From Lytechinus pictus (taxonomy: Eukaryota), in contig NC_087246.1 of NCBI RefSeq assembly GCF_037042905.1, positions 1,242,001-1,306,000 of the forward strand: a stretch of DNA of 64,000 nucleotides, given 5' to 3'. Within the stretch, counting starts at the first letter, position 1, and every line of letters begins with the position of its first letter. The notes under the pieces are model-generated. The model was not told the DNA's origin, made no database searches, and was given only the letters and a program-made list of their open reading frames with translations. Of this stretch, positions 52,761 to 64,000 are shown in pieces. The position numbers and the translations under genes were made by a program.

Positions 52761-54720
52761 CCATTTGGAAGGGGGTGACGGGGTCGAGGTTAATGGTCGA
52801 GATCGAGATACACGTGCGCGTCGTCGAGACTCACATTCCACTGTCATAACAACCGTTCATAGAAGTTATCTGGTAAAAAACCCGTTTGATCAGGGTTGTC
52901 CTGAAAATCAAATCATGGTCAAATCAATCAATGGTTTTTTTTAAGGGGGGGGGTCAAGGGCGTCCAAAAAGGAGAGTGAGCAAAAAGTCGAGGTGACCAC
53001 AGAAAAGAACAACTTGAGAGAGATAAAGATGGGGATTTGGAAAAGAAGTAAACCCTTTCCCATATTGAGGACCTATTGGGGACCTATTGGGATCCACGGA
53101 CGAGACACTTCTATATCCAAGAGTGAAGCGACAGATGAGGGCGATAAAAATAAAATAAGATGCAAGAAAAAAATATGGTGGGATAAGATGCAAGAAGAAA
53201 AATATATGGTGGGGGTGGACGTCAAGAGAGAGAAAAAAAAGTCGAGATGACCAATATACAGTCTACAGAAAATGGAGATAAAGATGTGGAATAAATAAGA
53301 CAATCTTTCCTATGTGAGAGCTGACCCCCCCCCCCCCCCCGAAACCTGCAAAAGGGCCTAGTTATAAGCCTTGGTAAAAAAAAAAAAAAAAAAAAAAAAA
53401 GTAAGAACTGCAACGTGACATTCCTGATCAATATAATGATTATCAAGGTTTTATACCTCTATTCACATCACCAACTCGATGATCTTATGAATTAACGTAG
53501 AAACCGGGCTCAACAAACAACTGAGCACACGCCGTATTAAGAGATTAAATAACCCTTTGGCGGGCTGCGTAGATAAAAGCACGAGCAAAATGTGCACTTT
53601 CAAAACAAAAATCAGCGTAACAAAGGAGCTTGATTCGGAAACCGTAAAACACCTTTACAAATATCAACCCGTTATCTGCATTGTTGCCATTTAATAGTCT
53701 AAGTAAGTAGGAACAAAAATAAATGCACAATTAATTGAGAGGAATTTAGAAAAGTCCATGTTGCTATTCCGAGAGCAATATCTTTTCATTTAAGATTTTT
53801 AAGGCGAGAAGACCATGGATAAAAAATAAAATGTAATAAAATAGGGATTTAGTACTTTGTGGAGGTTTGCAAAAATCCGAGCTGTGAGGCACTATGCTGT
53901 CAGTGCATATCAATGTTTCGAGATGAAATCATGCAAATGTTATTTCATAAGCATTGTCATTATTAACCTGCATTATTTTGTGCATGGTCACCCCTGCCAC
54001 ACGGCCAATGTTTAACAGACTATACTGTAGGCCTATAGTATTTTACCATGTTTACAAGTTTATGACGGATATTGTAAGTAGCGTTGTACCTACTCATGTT
54101 TCAGGGCCTTAAATTGATATCATAATCAAGTATATTTACAAATTAGCATAATAAACAGTGCATATATGCGTGGTAAGAGCAATGAAAAACAGACATGCTG
54201 AAAGTTATTTAGGCCTATACAATGTAGGCCTACAAGCGACACCAAGATCGGGCAAGCTCCATGCTGGCTGCAAAAGTAAAAAAAAGTCCAATTAGTAGGC
54301 CACCTTACCAAACTTAATCAACTGATGAACTTTATTCGCGTTTGAGTTTACATGGGCTGAGAATAGGCTAATCCCCCTAACGAGCCGGGGACTTATCCCG
54401 GGGACTTATATCCTAAGATCACCAAAGAACAATGGAACGGCTTACGGAAAGAGTTTCCAAGCAATCTTTGAAAATATAAACTAAACGTCTTGGCCGGGTT
54501 CGACTAAACCAAAACAAATTTGGGGCTTGTTGGTAATCACCCTCAGTGAGGCAGGTGTATATAATTCTGGTCTGCACTAAGGAGAAGATATGACGAAGAA
54601 AAAATACAAATGATATGTCTAATTAACATATAATAACGGAGATACAAAATGACACTTTGAAATAAAGTTACCTGGGAAGGAGGGAGGGAGAGAGAGGAGG
54701 GGGAAGGTGCAGGAGTCGTG

Positions 54721-54910
54721 CAGTCGACCGGGGGGGGGGGGGTGGGGTTGGTTGGCTTTACCCCCCCCCCGTTTTTTCTTCAAAGCCCTGTACAAAAACG
54801 TAAAAATTACCATATATGATTCTGATTTTGTTTTTTGCATGGTCAACCTCCCTTCTTTCGGCTCATACCCCCCCCCCCCCCCCACTTTCAAAACCATTCC
54901 GCGGCCCCTG
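54721..54910. mobile_element. Short MITE related to 14286-14454
   Basis: Shared core TGTACAAAAACGTAAAAAT..CCATATA and right end TTCCGCGGCCCCTG. Confidence 0.7.
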
Positions 54911-55514
54911 GAGTGATCATGGAGTCTAGAATGAGGAGGTTCAGTCCCGGGGTCTAAATTTGGCAAGTAGTAAATCGATGAAAGTGAGAGAGATATAGGG
55001 GAGAGGAACATTTTTTGTTGTTGATTATCTATTCTTTTGATCGACTGTTTACTTCCAAGAGAAATAAGAGTGAGTTTTATATCTTCTCACATTTCACTTC
55101 ATAATCTAGATCACTTGAAATGTCAGCAAATTGTTATTTAGATGACATGAACGATAGTCATAATCCCAAGGATTCTTATTCATCCCATCTTTCTTCTCCT
55201 CTGAGCCTAAGCCTTCTTTTCAAAGAGCTGAACAAAACCTCCTTGTAAATAAACAATGTTAATGACCCTCCGAGAAGAGAGTTCCAAAATGTCTGCATTC
55301 ACCGAATTCTATGACATGACAAATACGCCGCCAGTCTATGATCTCGCCGACTCTCCCTCTTTTCGGCTTGACGTTGTATTGTTCTTTACGCTTCGTTGAA
55401 AGATTATCTCTATTAGGAGGCCAAAATCCTATTGTTCATGTAAAAGTCTATTGTGGGAAAGTTCCGTCCAAGCTGCGAGAATGATTGACAAGCACTGTAG
55501 ACCTGTCAGTCAAG

Positions 55515-55720
55515 AGTCATGTGACATAAACCAGCCAATCACCTCACGATGGTGTTAGCGATCAACCAATCAGGATGTTTGTTTGGGAGGACATCCAGGC
55601 ACGAGCTAAGTGTGTCCACGTGTGTATGTTTACAATATTGCTACCATTGGCTTTTGCGCGTTGGATAATGGGTAGCGAATAAGGATAAAACGAGTGGATT
55701 ATCTCAATACTTTTCATTAA
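55515..55720 (+). promoter_or_regulatory. Candidate promoter of nested gene B
   Basis: CCAAT at 55535 and 55566 (31 bp apart), E-boxes CATGTG and CACGTG, ATTGG at 55646, GATAAAA at 55684 with TCATT 30 bp downstream. Confidence 0.55.
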
Positions 55721-55801
55721 CTTCAAGTTACGCTCAATCATCCATTCATTGATTTTGTTCTACTTTTTTGATCGACCGTCGCAATTGATAGTTTCTTCAG
55801 C

Positions 55802-56995
55802 ATGACTTCCGTGAAAGATGTGAACTCTGAGTTTGGTTCGGTGATTTCAACCAGTAACCATCACCCACCCATTTCCTATGGCTATGCCCCAAGACAGTGC
55901 TGTGGTTTGCGCAGATATGACAGCTACGATTGGGATTTCAGCTGGCTCTTCAACTCTGACCCACCATCTTCAATCAACCCAGCTGATCAGACAATGAACG
56001 ATCGTCAATCTCCTGCCTTGTCTCCGTGGGTTTCTCCACCTGTACCAGAGATCAGCTGGCCGGTCGTCGACTCGAGGAGAGAAACACCGATTGACTTTCT
56101 CCAAACACCCGACGCTGGAGCGATGGACTATGCTGGAGCCGTACGGCCAAGTCAACAGACTTTCGTGGACGTTAACACCTGGGGTTCGGTCATGTCCGCT
56201 ATCCCGTCCTTACCCGTCCCGTCGCCCAACCCACCGCCGCAGATTCTTCAGTCTCCTTCTTTGGGCAACAACCCGTCTCTACCGAACAACATCATTCCAC
56301 CATTTAGCTGTTTCTTAAATCCTGTGCGACAATCGTTGTATCCCACCAGATCAAATGGACATATTGACATCAATAACAACGATTTGCGTGACATCAATAA
56401 CAATGACTTGTGTGATTCAACGACCGGTGGTGCTGCAGGTAATGAGTGGACCCTTATCACTTCAACTCCTTGTGGGCCTATCACTACCTCATCAGAGCCA
56501 TTGCCTTCTCCGATTCCTGCTCAACCATGTCCACCTCCCACATGTAGCCACCCAGCCAGCGCCAGCAGTGAAAACGACGTCCCGATCCCATCTCCAAGGA
56601 TCCGGGAAATCCTGAGCGGCTTACTTCCTCGCAAACCTCATCGAATCCCACTACGCATTCAGTTTCCCGAGCTTGAAGGCATCATCACAGACTTTGTTAC
56701 AGATCTCATCAGGACGGCAAAGTTTGGGGAAGGCCAGCTCCAGCAAGTAGCACTGGAAGAGCTTGAATCAACAACTCTTAAATCCCTACGACTGCGGCTC
56801 TTGGAGATCGTACCTGGTTTGTCTGATCGTGGGATTAGTTCTACTAGTGTTTCCCGGCTTCTGCTTCCTCTTTCTACATCAACCATCAGATCTTGTCTTC
56901 GTAATGATTCAGCGTGGATCGCTGTAACAGAAGTACTCGATATTTACCAAGATGTGGACAGTGTTGGATCTGAGATCTTTGACATGACTTCATGA
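55802..56995 (+). CDS. Nested gene B: intronless 397-aa Pro/Ser-rich protein with the shared C-terminal helical domain
   Basis: Long ATG-initiated ORF, GC-richer than flanks, upstream promoter motifs, motif similarity to gene A. Confidence 0.8.
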   Translation: MTSVKDVNSEFGSVISTSNHHPPISYGYAPRQCCGLRRYDSYDWDFSWLFNSDPPSSINPADQTMNDRQSPALSPWVSPPVPEISWPVVDSRRETPIDFLQTPDAGAMDYAGAVRPSQQTFVDVNTWGSVMSAIPSLPVPSPNPPPQILQSPSLGNNPSLPNNIIPPFSCFLNPVRQSLYPTRSNGHIDINNNDLRDINNNDLCDSTTGGAAGNEWTLITSTPCGPITTSSEPLPSPIPAQPCPPPTCSHPASASSENDVPIPSPRIREILSGLLPRKPHRIPLRIQFPELEGIITDFVTDLIRTAKFGEGQLQQVALEELESTTLKSLRLRLLEIVPGLSDRGISSTSVSRLLLPLSTSTIRSCLRNDSAWIAVTEVLDIYQDVDSVGSEIFDMTS

Positions 56996-57959
56996 ATCTT
57001 ATTTTCATTAGACTTGATAAGAGAAACTTTGTATCTCATCATGAACGTGTATGGATATTCTGAACAGAACTGAATACTTATGGTATTGGTCTCCAACATT
57101 TATTCATGTGACATGGACTCATTTTGAATGTGATTATCTCTCTCATTTACTTGTACATTCAAATGTTAACCTGAGAACATTTCAAGTATTAATATCATAC
57201 CCCATGATCTTAAAATGACATAGCATGCAATAAGAAATTATCGATAGTTTGTAACCATTTAAATAGTGAGGTCATTTTTTTTCTCTATCTTTTGACATGT
57301 ACTTGTTTTTATTGTGACTATTTTTGTGCCTTTTTACTCGCTTGACATGCACACCTTTCAACTTACCAATGTGCTTTTTTTCTTGAAACTGTGAAAATGC
57401 CAATCTGTAAAGATGTCTTGTAGGAGTAACTTGTTCTTCCTAGAATTCTGAAAACCACTGCCAAGTAATGTTTAGAAAGCTTGTATATGTTTGAAAATGT
57501 TTTCCTATGAAACATTACAATTTGGATGATAAGATGTCATATGTTCAAGATTGTTTGTTCTCCCAATCCATAATAACTTACAAATGCAAGGAAAAATGCT
57601 CACATGATCTTTGATACCATTTTATCCTGTCTTGCCAACAGCTTATCAATCATGAGGATATCTAGAAATATACTTTTTTGCCCTTTATTTTGCCTACTTT
57701 TATACTTTGATATTTTTACAAGAAAACTGTTGATATTATTAAGATTATTTTCTTGTTTATTTTATTACTGTTATTTGTATAGTATGAAAATGTAATCAGT
57801 ACTGCCGACATGTTCAAGGAGGTTTTGTATAATACAAGTTTATCTTAAACAGAATTTATATTTTCAATGGCTCTTTTTGTGCGGTGCAAAGTGGATGATT
57901 GATTTAATAAGTGCAATCATAGAATAAACGGAGAGTGATTTTTTTAAAGTGATTAATTG

Positions 57960-58710
57960 AAAGAATAGTGTGAAAGAAATGAAATTTGATAGATTGATTG
58001 ACTAAGTAGCAAAAATGAAAAGAAAATGCCAATTGGATGGATGATGGATAAATATGTATTTTAAAAAGTAGAAAATATGATTGATTGAATGAGACTTGAA
58101 TTCAAAGAAAGTTACGGTTGCTTGACTGAAAAGGAGATAAAAGAAAAAAAATATAAACTGACTGAATGAAGAAACATGAGGGAATGTTAAAACGTGATTG
58201 ATTAATAAAGGAAAAGAATGTTACGATCAATTGAGTGAGGAGTGAAAAATGTTGGTTCCTTGAATGAAGAGTGAAATTGAAAAGAGACTTATAACTGATT
58301 AAATGAAGAGATAAAATGTAATTGATTAAAGTATGAAAATGAAAAAAGAAGAACTATAACCAATTGAAAGAAGGAAGGACATGTTAAACATGAAGAATGA
58401 GTTTGGAAAATTTCATAATTGAATGAAGAAATGAAAATGTTATGTTTGATTGAATGGAGAAATGAAAATGTTATGCTTGATTGAATGAAGAAATGAAAAT
58501 GTTATGTTTGATTGAATGGAGAAAGGAAATTAAAATGTTATGATTGATTGAATGACTGGATATGACAATGTTATGATTGATGGAATGACGAAAGAAATAA
58601 AAAAATCATTTGAATGAACAAAGGTTATGCCTGAAATTTGAATGACTAAAAAGAAAAATGTTATGAATGAGGAGAGTTATATGTTACAAATGTACAACAG
58701 ATTGAATGAG
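57960..58710 (+). repeat. Degenerate 31-bp minisatellite
   Basis: GAAATGAAAATGTTATGxTTGATTGAATG at 58428, 58459 and 58490, decaying outwards. Confidence 0.7.
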
Positions 58711-61384
58711 AAATCCATCACACTTATTTGAATAAATCACTAGTAGTATCAACCAGAATAAGATGATTTTTGTTCAAATACCAGCTGATCAAGTTTTTTT
58801 CTTCGCTTTTTAGCTCACACATTATTTCAAATGCACACAGAATGCAGTTTGAAGTTTCAGAATTCCCCTTGAATATCCCAGAACGTAGCACAAATTTAAA
58901 ATTCAACTCCTTTGCAGCTCATTTAATCTCTCGTGTGATTAGCAAGTGATGAGTCGCCTGGTCAATTTACCGTATTTGAAATCCAGTTGAGTGAAATCCC
59001 CCTACAAATTTTCTTGATTTTTTTTTCATTCCTGCTGATTCTCCCGATTCCTATTGATTCCAGTTTGTAAGTGTAATGGGCCTTACTCCTATTTTTTAAA
59101 GCTGAAGATCAAAGGCTTTTATTCAGTCAAATGCAGAGAAGAAAATTTGTGTTCTAATATTCCAATGGAAGCGAAGGGGAAAATAACTAATAGTCTAATA
59201 CAATAAGAACAAAGAGACTATTTTCAGAGATTACTTTGAAATTTATTCAATTTTCACTAAAAATTGCGTCAAAGATTTCGCACTTGATTTTATAACGATT
59301 TAAGTTCACTTACAATATGGTCATCAAAATTGTTAAGAAACTTTCTTTTGAAAAAAAATGATGTGTATTAATCAATGACGTGGCATAATAGAGTAAAGAA
59401 GAAATCAAAGAAGAAAATTTCCAAAAAGAAAAGAATGGATAAAGAGGAAGTAGCACAGAAAAAAATTACAGTAAATTGTGATGAAAATAATGAAATCTAG
59501 AAATAAACTAAATGGTTGTCAATAACTAGCTCAGACTGAGTAGATGAAAGGAAAACTGATAAATACCAAAAAAACACAAGAGCAATTGATAGAATGTATC
59601 ACATTGTCAGTTTATTCTTTGAGCCTGTTATAAAAAAAAAAGAGAGCCGACGAAGATTCTGCTAGGATAGAAAGCTTAGGCCCCTTTTGACTCTAATTTA
59701 CTCCATTGGCTCTCTTTTATTAGATAAGCAGTTTTCAGCAGCTTTTTCTGCCATGAAAAAAAAAAAAAAATTGTTCAATTTGGCAAACAAAGAAAATAAA
59801 ATTTGAATTTATTGACTGTATGGGGGATTTAGGTGGGTTTTTTTTTTTTTTGGGGGGGGGATGAGCAATGGAAAGACTAATTGGAATTACCAGAAAAAAT
59901 GAAATCACACCAAACAATCTGTCAGTTCTGTTTCGAATGTTAAGTGGTGAAAATAAACTAAAATGAAATGTTGATTAAACAAAGCAAAACATGCACTGGA
60001 GATAAAAATTCATCTCATTCACAATCAAACAATAATGAAATATGAACAAAAATAATGATTTTAAAAGAGTATAACTTCAATGTTCTTCCTTAATATTGAG
60101 GTGCACATGTTTGCATTTAAGCTTCCATTTTCATATTGCTTGTTAGTTTGCTCTCATTTTCAAATGTAGGTTGGGTCAGTGCAGGGGGGGGGGGGGATTT
60201 TTAAGTAGTGAAAAAAAAGGGGAAGAAATAAGAGTATAAAGAAGAACATTCGAGTCAATTCTATAATACCTCTGTTATTCTATCGAGAAATTGATGTCAC
60301 CTTTGAGTAGTCTTGCTCCCCCCCTTATAAAAAAACCATGGCACCATCCTTGGTTGCTAAGTATTTTTATTAACCAATTACATTTTAGATTCCTGTTGTC
60401 AATTGTGTAGACAGAACACAATGCGCTTAGAACAGTATTATGAAGCATCAAACAAATATTATGATTGTTGGTATTATTGATACTGTCAATAATTTCAGGA
60501 TCTCTGTTGAATGGCAAACAAAACCAAAATTCTTTATAGAAGAGACATGCTTTGCCAAATCTTGTGTCAAAAAGTTTTACTTTTACTTAAAGAATAATGG
60601 ACTTAGAGAAGGTCAACTAGTTCAAACATTTCTGTATTTCTTACTTTGTAATGCGCCAAATAAATAAATGGACAATAGCAAGTAGAGTTAGTCTGTTAAC
60701 CTTGTTGCACAATGAAATACAGCAGCAGCAAATGATAAGAATTGAAATTAAAAAAATAAGAAAAAAACAAATATGAAAATTATAAATAACAAATGAGTTA
60801 TAGTAGGGCAAGCAAAGTCAAGCAAACTCCAATAAATAAGAAGAGCCAAGATGTTAACATCCTGTGTCTCCAAACATTCGAAGATGAAAACAAAAGCAAA
60901 TTGAAACAAATCAAATAAAGATGAGTTGAAGAATCGCATGCAAGATAATATAAATCCCCTCAAAAGAGCCAGGGTATAACATCTCAAAACATTCCATTGT
61001 CACAAACAGTGGTCAGTCTACCACTTTGACTTGCTGTGAAATTAATTTGACATCTTCAGTTCTCATGATTATAATACAACCAGAATGCTCAAAGATGTAT
61101 GAAATGGTGATGTACTGATTAAATTGAATTCATGACTGAAGAACGGGCATTTAAAGAAACTTACAATCCACTGCAACTTTCAAATTCAAATTTGGGTCTT
61201 AAAATCAACCGAAAGTCTTGCAATTGAATTGTTTGCAACTGACTACTGATCTGTTTTGTTTGCAGAAGTATAAATCGTTTCCTTATAGTTCAAATTGAGC
61301 TATCAATATTTGCATTTGATTATAAATTTCTTTCACAGCACTTTCTCGAATGTTATGAAGAAACAAAATGAAATTGAACATTAC

Positions 61385-61502
61385 CATGTGCGTGAGCTAT
61401 CTGCCAGTGACCTATATTGACCTCTCTATTGTCAGCCATTGCCAAAGGAAATGATGCAATATCTCCTGCTGCATAGATATTAGTCTTGTTGGTCTTCATG
61501 TA
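61385..61502 (-). CDS. AIFM3: AIFM3-like exon (FAD-binding GD motif)
   Basis: YMKTNKTNIYAAGDIASFPLAMADNREVNIGHWQIAHAHG. Confidence 0.95.
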
Positions 61503-61805
61503 CTGTATCAGATTAAATATACAGAGAAAATTGAATCATACTAAGCAGAGGAATAAACCCAAACATTTCTTGAAATAACTCATAATAACTCAATTAAAAA
61601 GCCAAAGAAATGTATTTTTATAGAATTTAGATGCATACATATGGGATTTCCTTGAATTTTGACCAATGACCTATGACAGTTTTGAAAAACAGAACCCTTG
61701 ACCTGTAACACCATTTTTTCGTTCAATCACACAATGATATTTCAAATCAAGTTCATTGATCTATGTTCAACAAGCTTATTATTAACTAATCAGATTTGAT
61801 ATTTG

Positions 61806-62200
61806 AGAGCAAAGTTGGCTTAGTCGGTAAAGTGTCTGCCTGTTGAACCAAAGATCGTGGGTTCGAGTCCACCGAGGCGGATGACTGAAGCCAGTGCGTT
61901 GTGTGGAAAACACTCCATCCCACGGATAGGACGTTAAATGGACGCCCCATGTAGAGGAGAGTCACCACCTTTGCACGTTAAGAACCTACTGCACAATTCA
62001 AATAAGAGTAGTGGGAAACCCTGGTGTAGTGGTCCACCTGCATTCCCCCAACCAGTTATATAGGGAGGAGACCTGCGGGTCACAGTTCTGTCAGCGCAAC
62101 CTTCTAGGCGACCCTGATTGGCTGGCTGCTAAAAAAATGCGCCTTTGAATGTCTTTGACAGATATATGGCGCTATACAAATGCTGTGCATTATCATCATA
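61806..62200 (+). mobile_element. tRNA-derived SINE with a Deu/Nin-like core
   Basis: A box TGGCTTAGTCGG, B box GGTTCGAGTCC, core GGATAGGACGTTAAA...GCACGTTAAGAACC...AAGAGTAG, L2-like tail GCGCTATACAAATGC...(ATC)n. Confidence 0.75.
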
Positions 62201-62390
62201 TTTGCTCTTGATTGCAGATCGGATTGTTGTGGGGCCCTCATTGATACTTGAAGCTGATCCTTGGCTAATGCGCTTCTTGCTGTGGTTGACAAGTTTATCC
62301 GTCTTGTTTAACATTTCTGGACTTTCTAGTGCTTTGTAACCTCCCCCCACCCTACTACACCATTTAGCTTAGAACCTGAACAATACCTAC

Positions 62391-62603
62391 CTTGTCTACA
62401 CACACTGCCCCTTGATCTGTCATCTTTAATTTGCTATCACTGAGGAAATCTGTTGCTGGGGTAACGCCTACTCCTAAGACACAGATATCTGCAGCTATCG
62501 TCTGGCCGTCCTTGAGGATGACCTTCTTCAGTTTGCCCCCTTCACCTTTGAACTCTGACACACCGTTTTCCATTACAAATCGGACCCCTTTTGATTCAGC
62601 AAG
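62391..62603 (-). CDS. AIFM3: AIFM3-like exon
   Basis: LAESKGVRFVMENGVSEFKGEGGKLKKVILKDGQTIAADICVLGVGVTPATDFL...VCVDK; AG/GT sites, 71 codons. Confidence 0.95.
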
Positions 62604-63160
62604 CTGGAAAAAAATGAAAAAATTTACATGATAGAACACTATGCTAAGAGGACATAAAACAAGCAAGGAGAAGAGGGTACGCTTCAAGGGCGTAGATTTG
62701 ATAAGGAAACCTGTTGTTTGGAGGGGAGGGGGAGGGGGGTAGACAGAATAATGTATCAATACCCATTGTTGGAATCGAGCTAAGTGAAGGAATGGGTAAA
62801 GGGTGACAGCAGAGTGAAGTGAATCTGACCACCCTGGTCCATTGGAGATCAAGTCAGATGTAAGACTTTGAACCACTGACTCATTGATATATTGTACTAC
62901 TAGTATATTGTACAAGATTCTCTTCATATAAAATATGAAATGTTGAAACAAACACATGAGAACACAAAATCATCAACTATCATCAATGATGTCGACAAGG
63001 CAAAGAAAACATCATACCACACTATATAGCACAGGATTCTTAGTGGCTGATATGATAAGAAAGGCTATATGCACTCTGGAGCGGGGATGGTTATCTTGAG
63101 GGATATACTGGTAATTCATTACTCAATTCACTTGAAAGATAAAACTACAATGACACATAC

Positions 63161-63276
63161 CTTCTGCAATGCCTTGCCTACTTTCTCCCCTAATGAAGCC
63201 TTGTATGGTGCGGATCCTCTACCTATGACTGTAATACTAGCTGCTTTATCTGATAAATAAGCTGCTACCTCCATAC
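63161..63276 (-). CDS. AIFM3: AIFM3-like exon (NADH-binding)
   Basis: GMEVAAYLSDKAASITVIGRGSAPYKASLGEKVGKALQK. Confidence 0.95.
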
Positions 63277-63603
63277 CTGGTACGAATGACAGATGAAATC
63301 GGTGCTTAGTTATATATCATGAAAATCATAATTCCATTAAGATTTCTTAATCATCCTCTTGCTGTTGACAACAAGATTGCAAAGTTTATTATTCGTCAAA
63401 ATTTGATAAGGGTTATGGAAATTCACTCCTACTGCGCTATAATGAGAAGAAAAAAAACAGGGTATTTCAATCAGAACAAGAACAGGCCATTAGTTGTGTA
63501 TAAAATGGCCCTCATATAAGGAAACCACAAAATAAAAATAATGCATGCACGAAGCTGATGGACATAACTGCTGCCTAGATTCATGAACTATGATCTTGTT
63601 TAC

Positions 63604-63734
63604 CTATAAATGAAGTTCCAACGATGACTACATTCTTTGCCTGTCCTATCTCTGCTATAGTATTACCATCCTCAGGGCTTCTTAGCAAGCATACACCATT
63701 AAGATCATTACCCGTTATGTTGAGTGTTCTAGGT
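63604..63734 (-). CDS. AIFM3: AIFM3-like exon; the gene continues beyond the window
   Basis: PRTLNITGNDLNGVCLLRSPEDGNTIAEIGQAKNVVIVGTSFIG (GxSFIGME Rossmann motif across the junction). Confidence 0.95.
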
Positions 63735-63788
63735 CTGCAAACAAGTACAAATGGAATCAGTATTAGTATTTGGTAAACATGGTAAAAG

Positions 63789-64000
63789 CCCGGGGGGGCC
63801 ACTTCCATTGACGAGTGGATACCATGCCCGACCATGGGGTCTCGAAAAGCACCCTAAACACGTATTCTGAAAATGCACCCCTTAACAAGTATTGGCGTGT
63901 GAAACCCTACCCTTAACAAGTATTGGAAACAAAACAATACTCTTGCAAAGTATTCCCTGAATTGACCCCCTAAACAAGTACAGCGATTTTTTAATTATGT
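63789..64000. mobile_element. Left end of a CCCGGGGGGG-terminated MITE, cut by the window edge
   Basis: Terminus resembles 21695; internal CCCTTAACAAGTATTGG repeats. Confidence 0.5.

Noticed and set aside
61806..61885. tRNA gene
   Set aside because: A and B boxes are present, but the acceptor stem is poor and the sequence continues into a SINE core and tail.

Overview
AT-rich, intron-rich, repeat-dense animal DNA. The TE repertoire resembles an echinoderm such as a sea urchin (inference). Two conserved spliced genes face each other: MRPL57 (+, 3 coding exons, 21020-25222, 108 aa) and the 3' part of an AIFM3-like FAD/NADH oxidoreductase (-, 8 exons from 63734 to 29640, plus a probable alternative last exon at 27339-27215). 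One AIFM3 intron is 29.1 kb (32288-61384). It holds two antisense nested genes (A: 43500-45077 + 47420-48166, ~774 aa; B: 55802-56995, 397 aa) that share only a short C-terminal helical motif (QFP[DE]L...R..[IL][IL]E.VPG[IL].DRG..IS...RL), which resembles a transposase-type DNA-binding region. The same intron holds an 8-kb CCCAG-ended non-autonomous transposon inserted 152 bp before gene A's ATG, with its own promoter and spliced exons. Other elements: a 5'-truncated CR1-type LINE with an intact RT frame, a 2.8-kb foldback Academ-like element, TTAA-flanked Kolobok-like MITEs, hAT-like MITEs nested in hAT-like MITEs, a Deu/Nin-type tRNA SINE and tandem repeats. Family names come from recalled knowledge; no database search was run.
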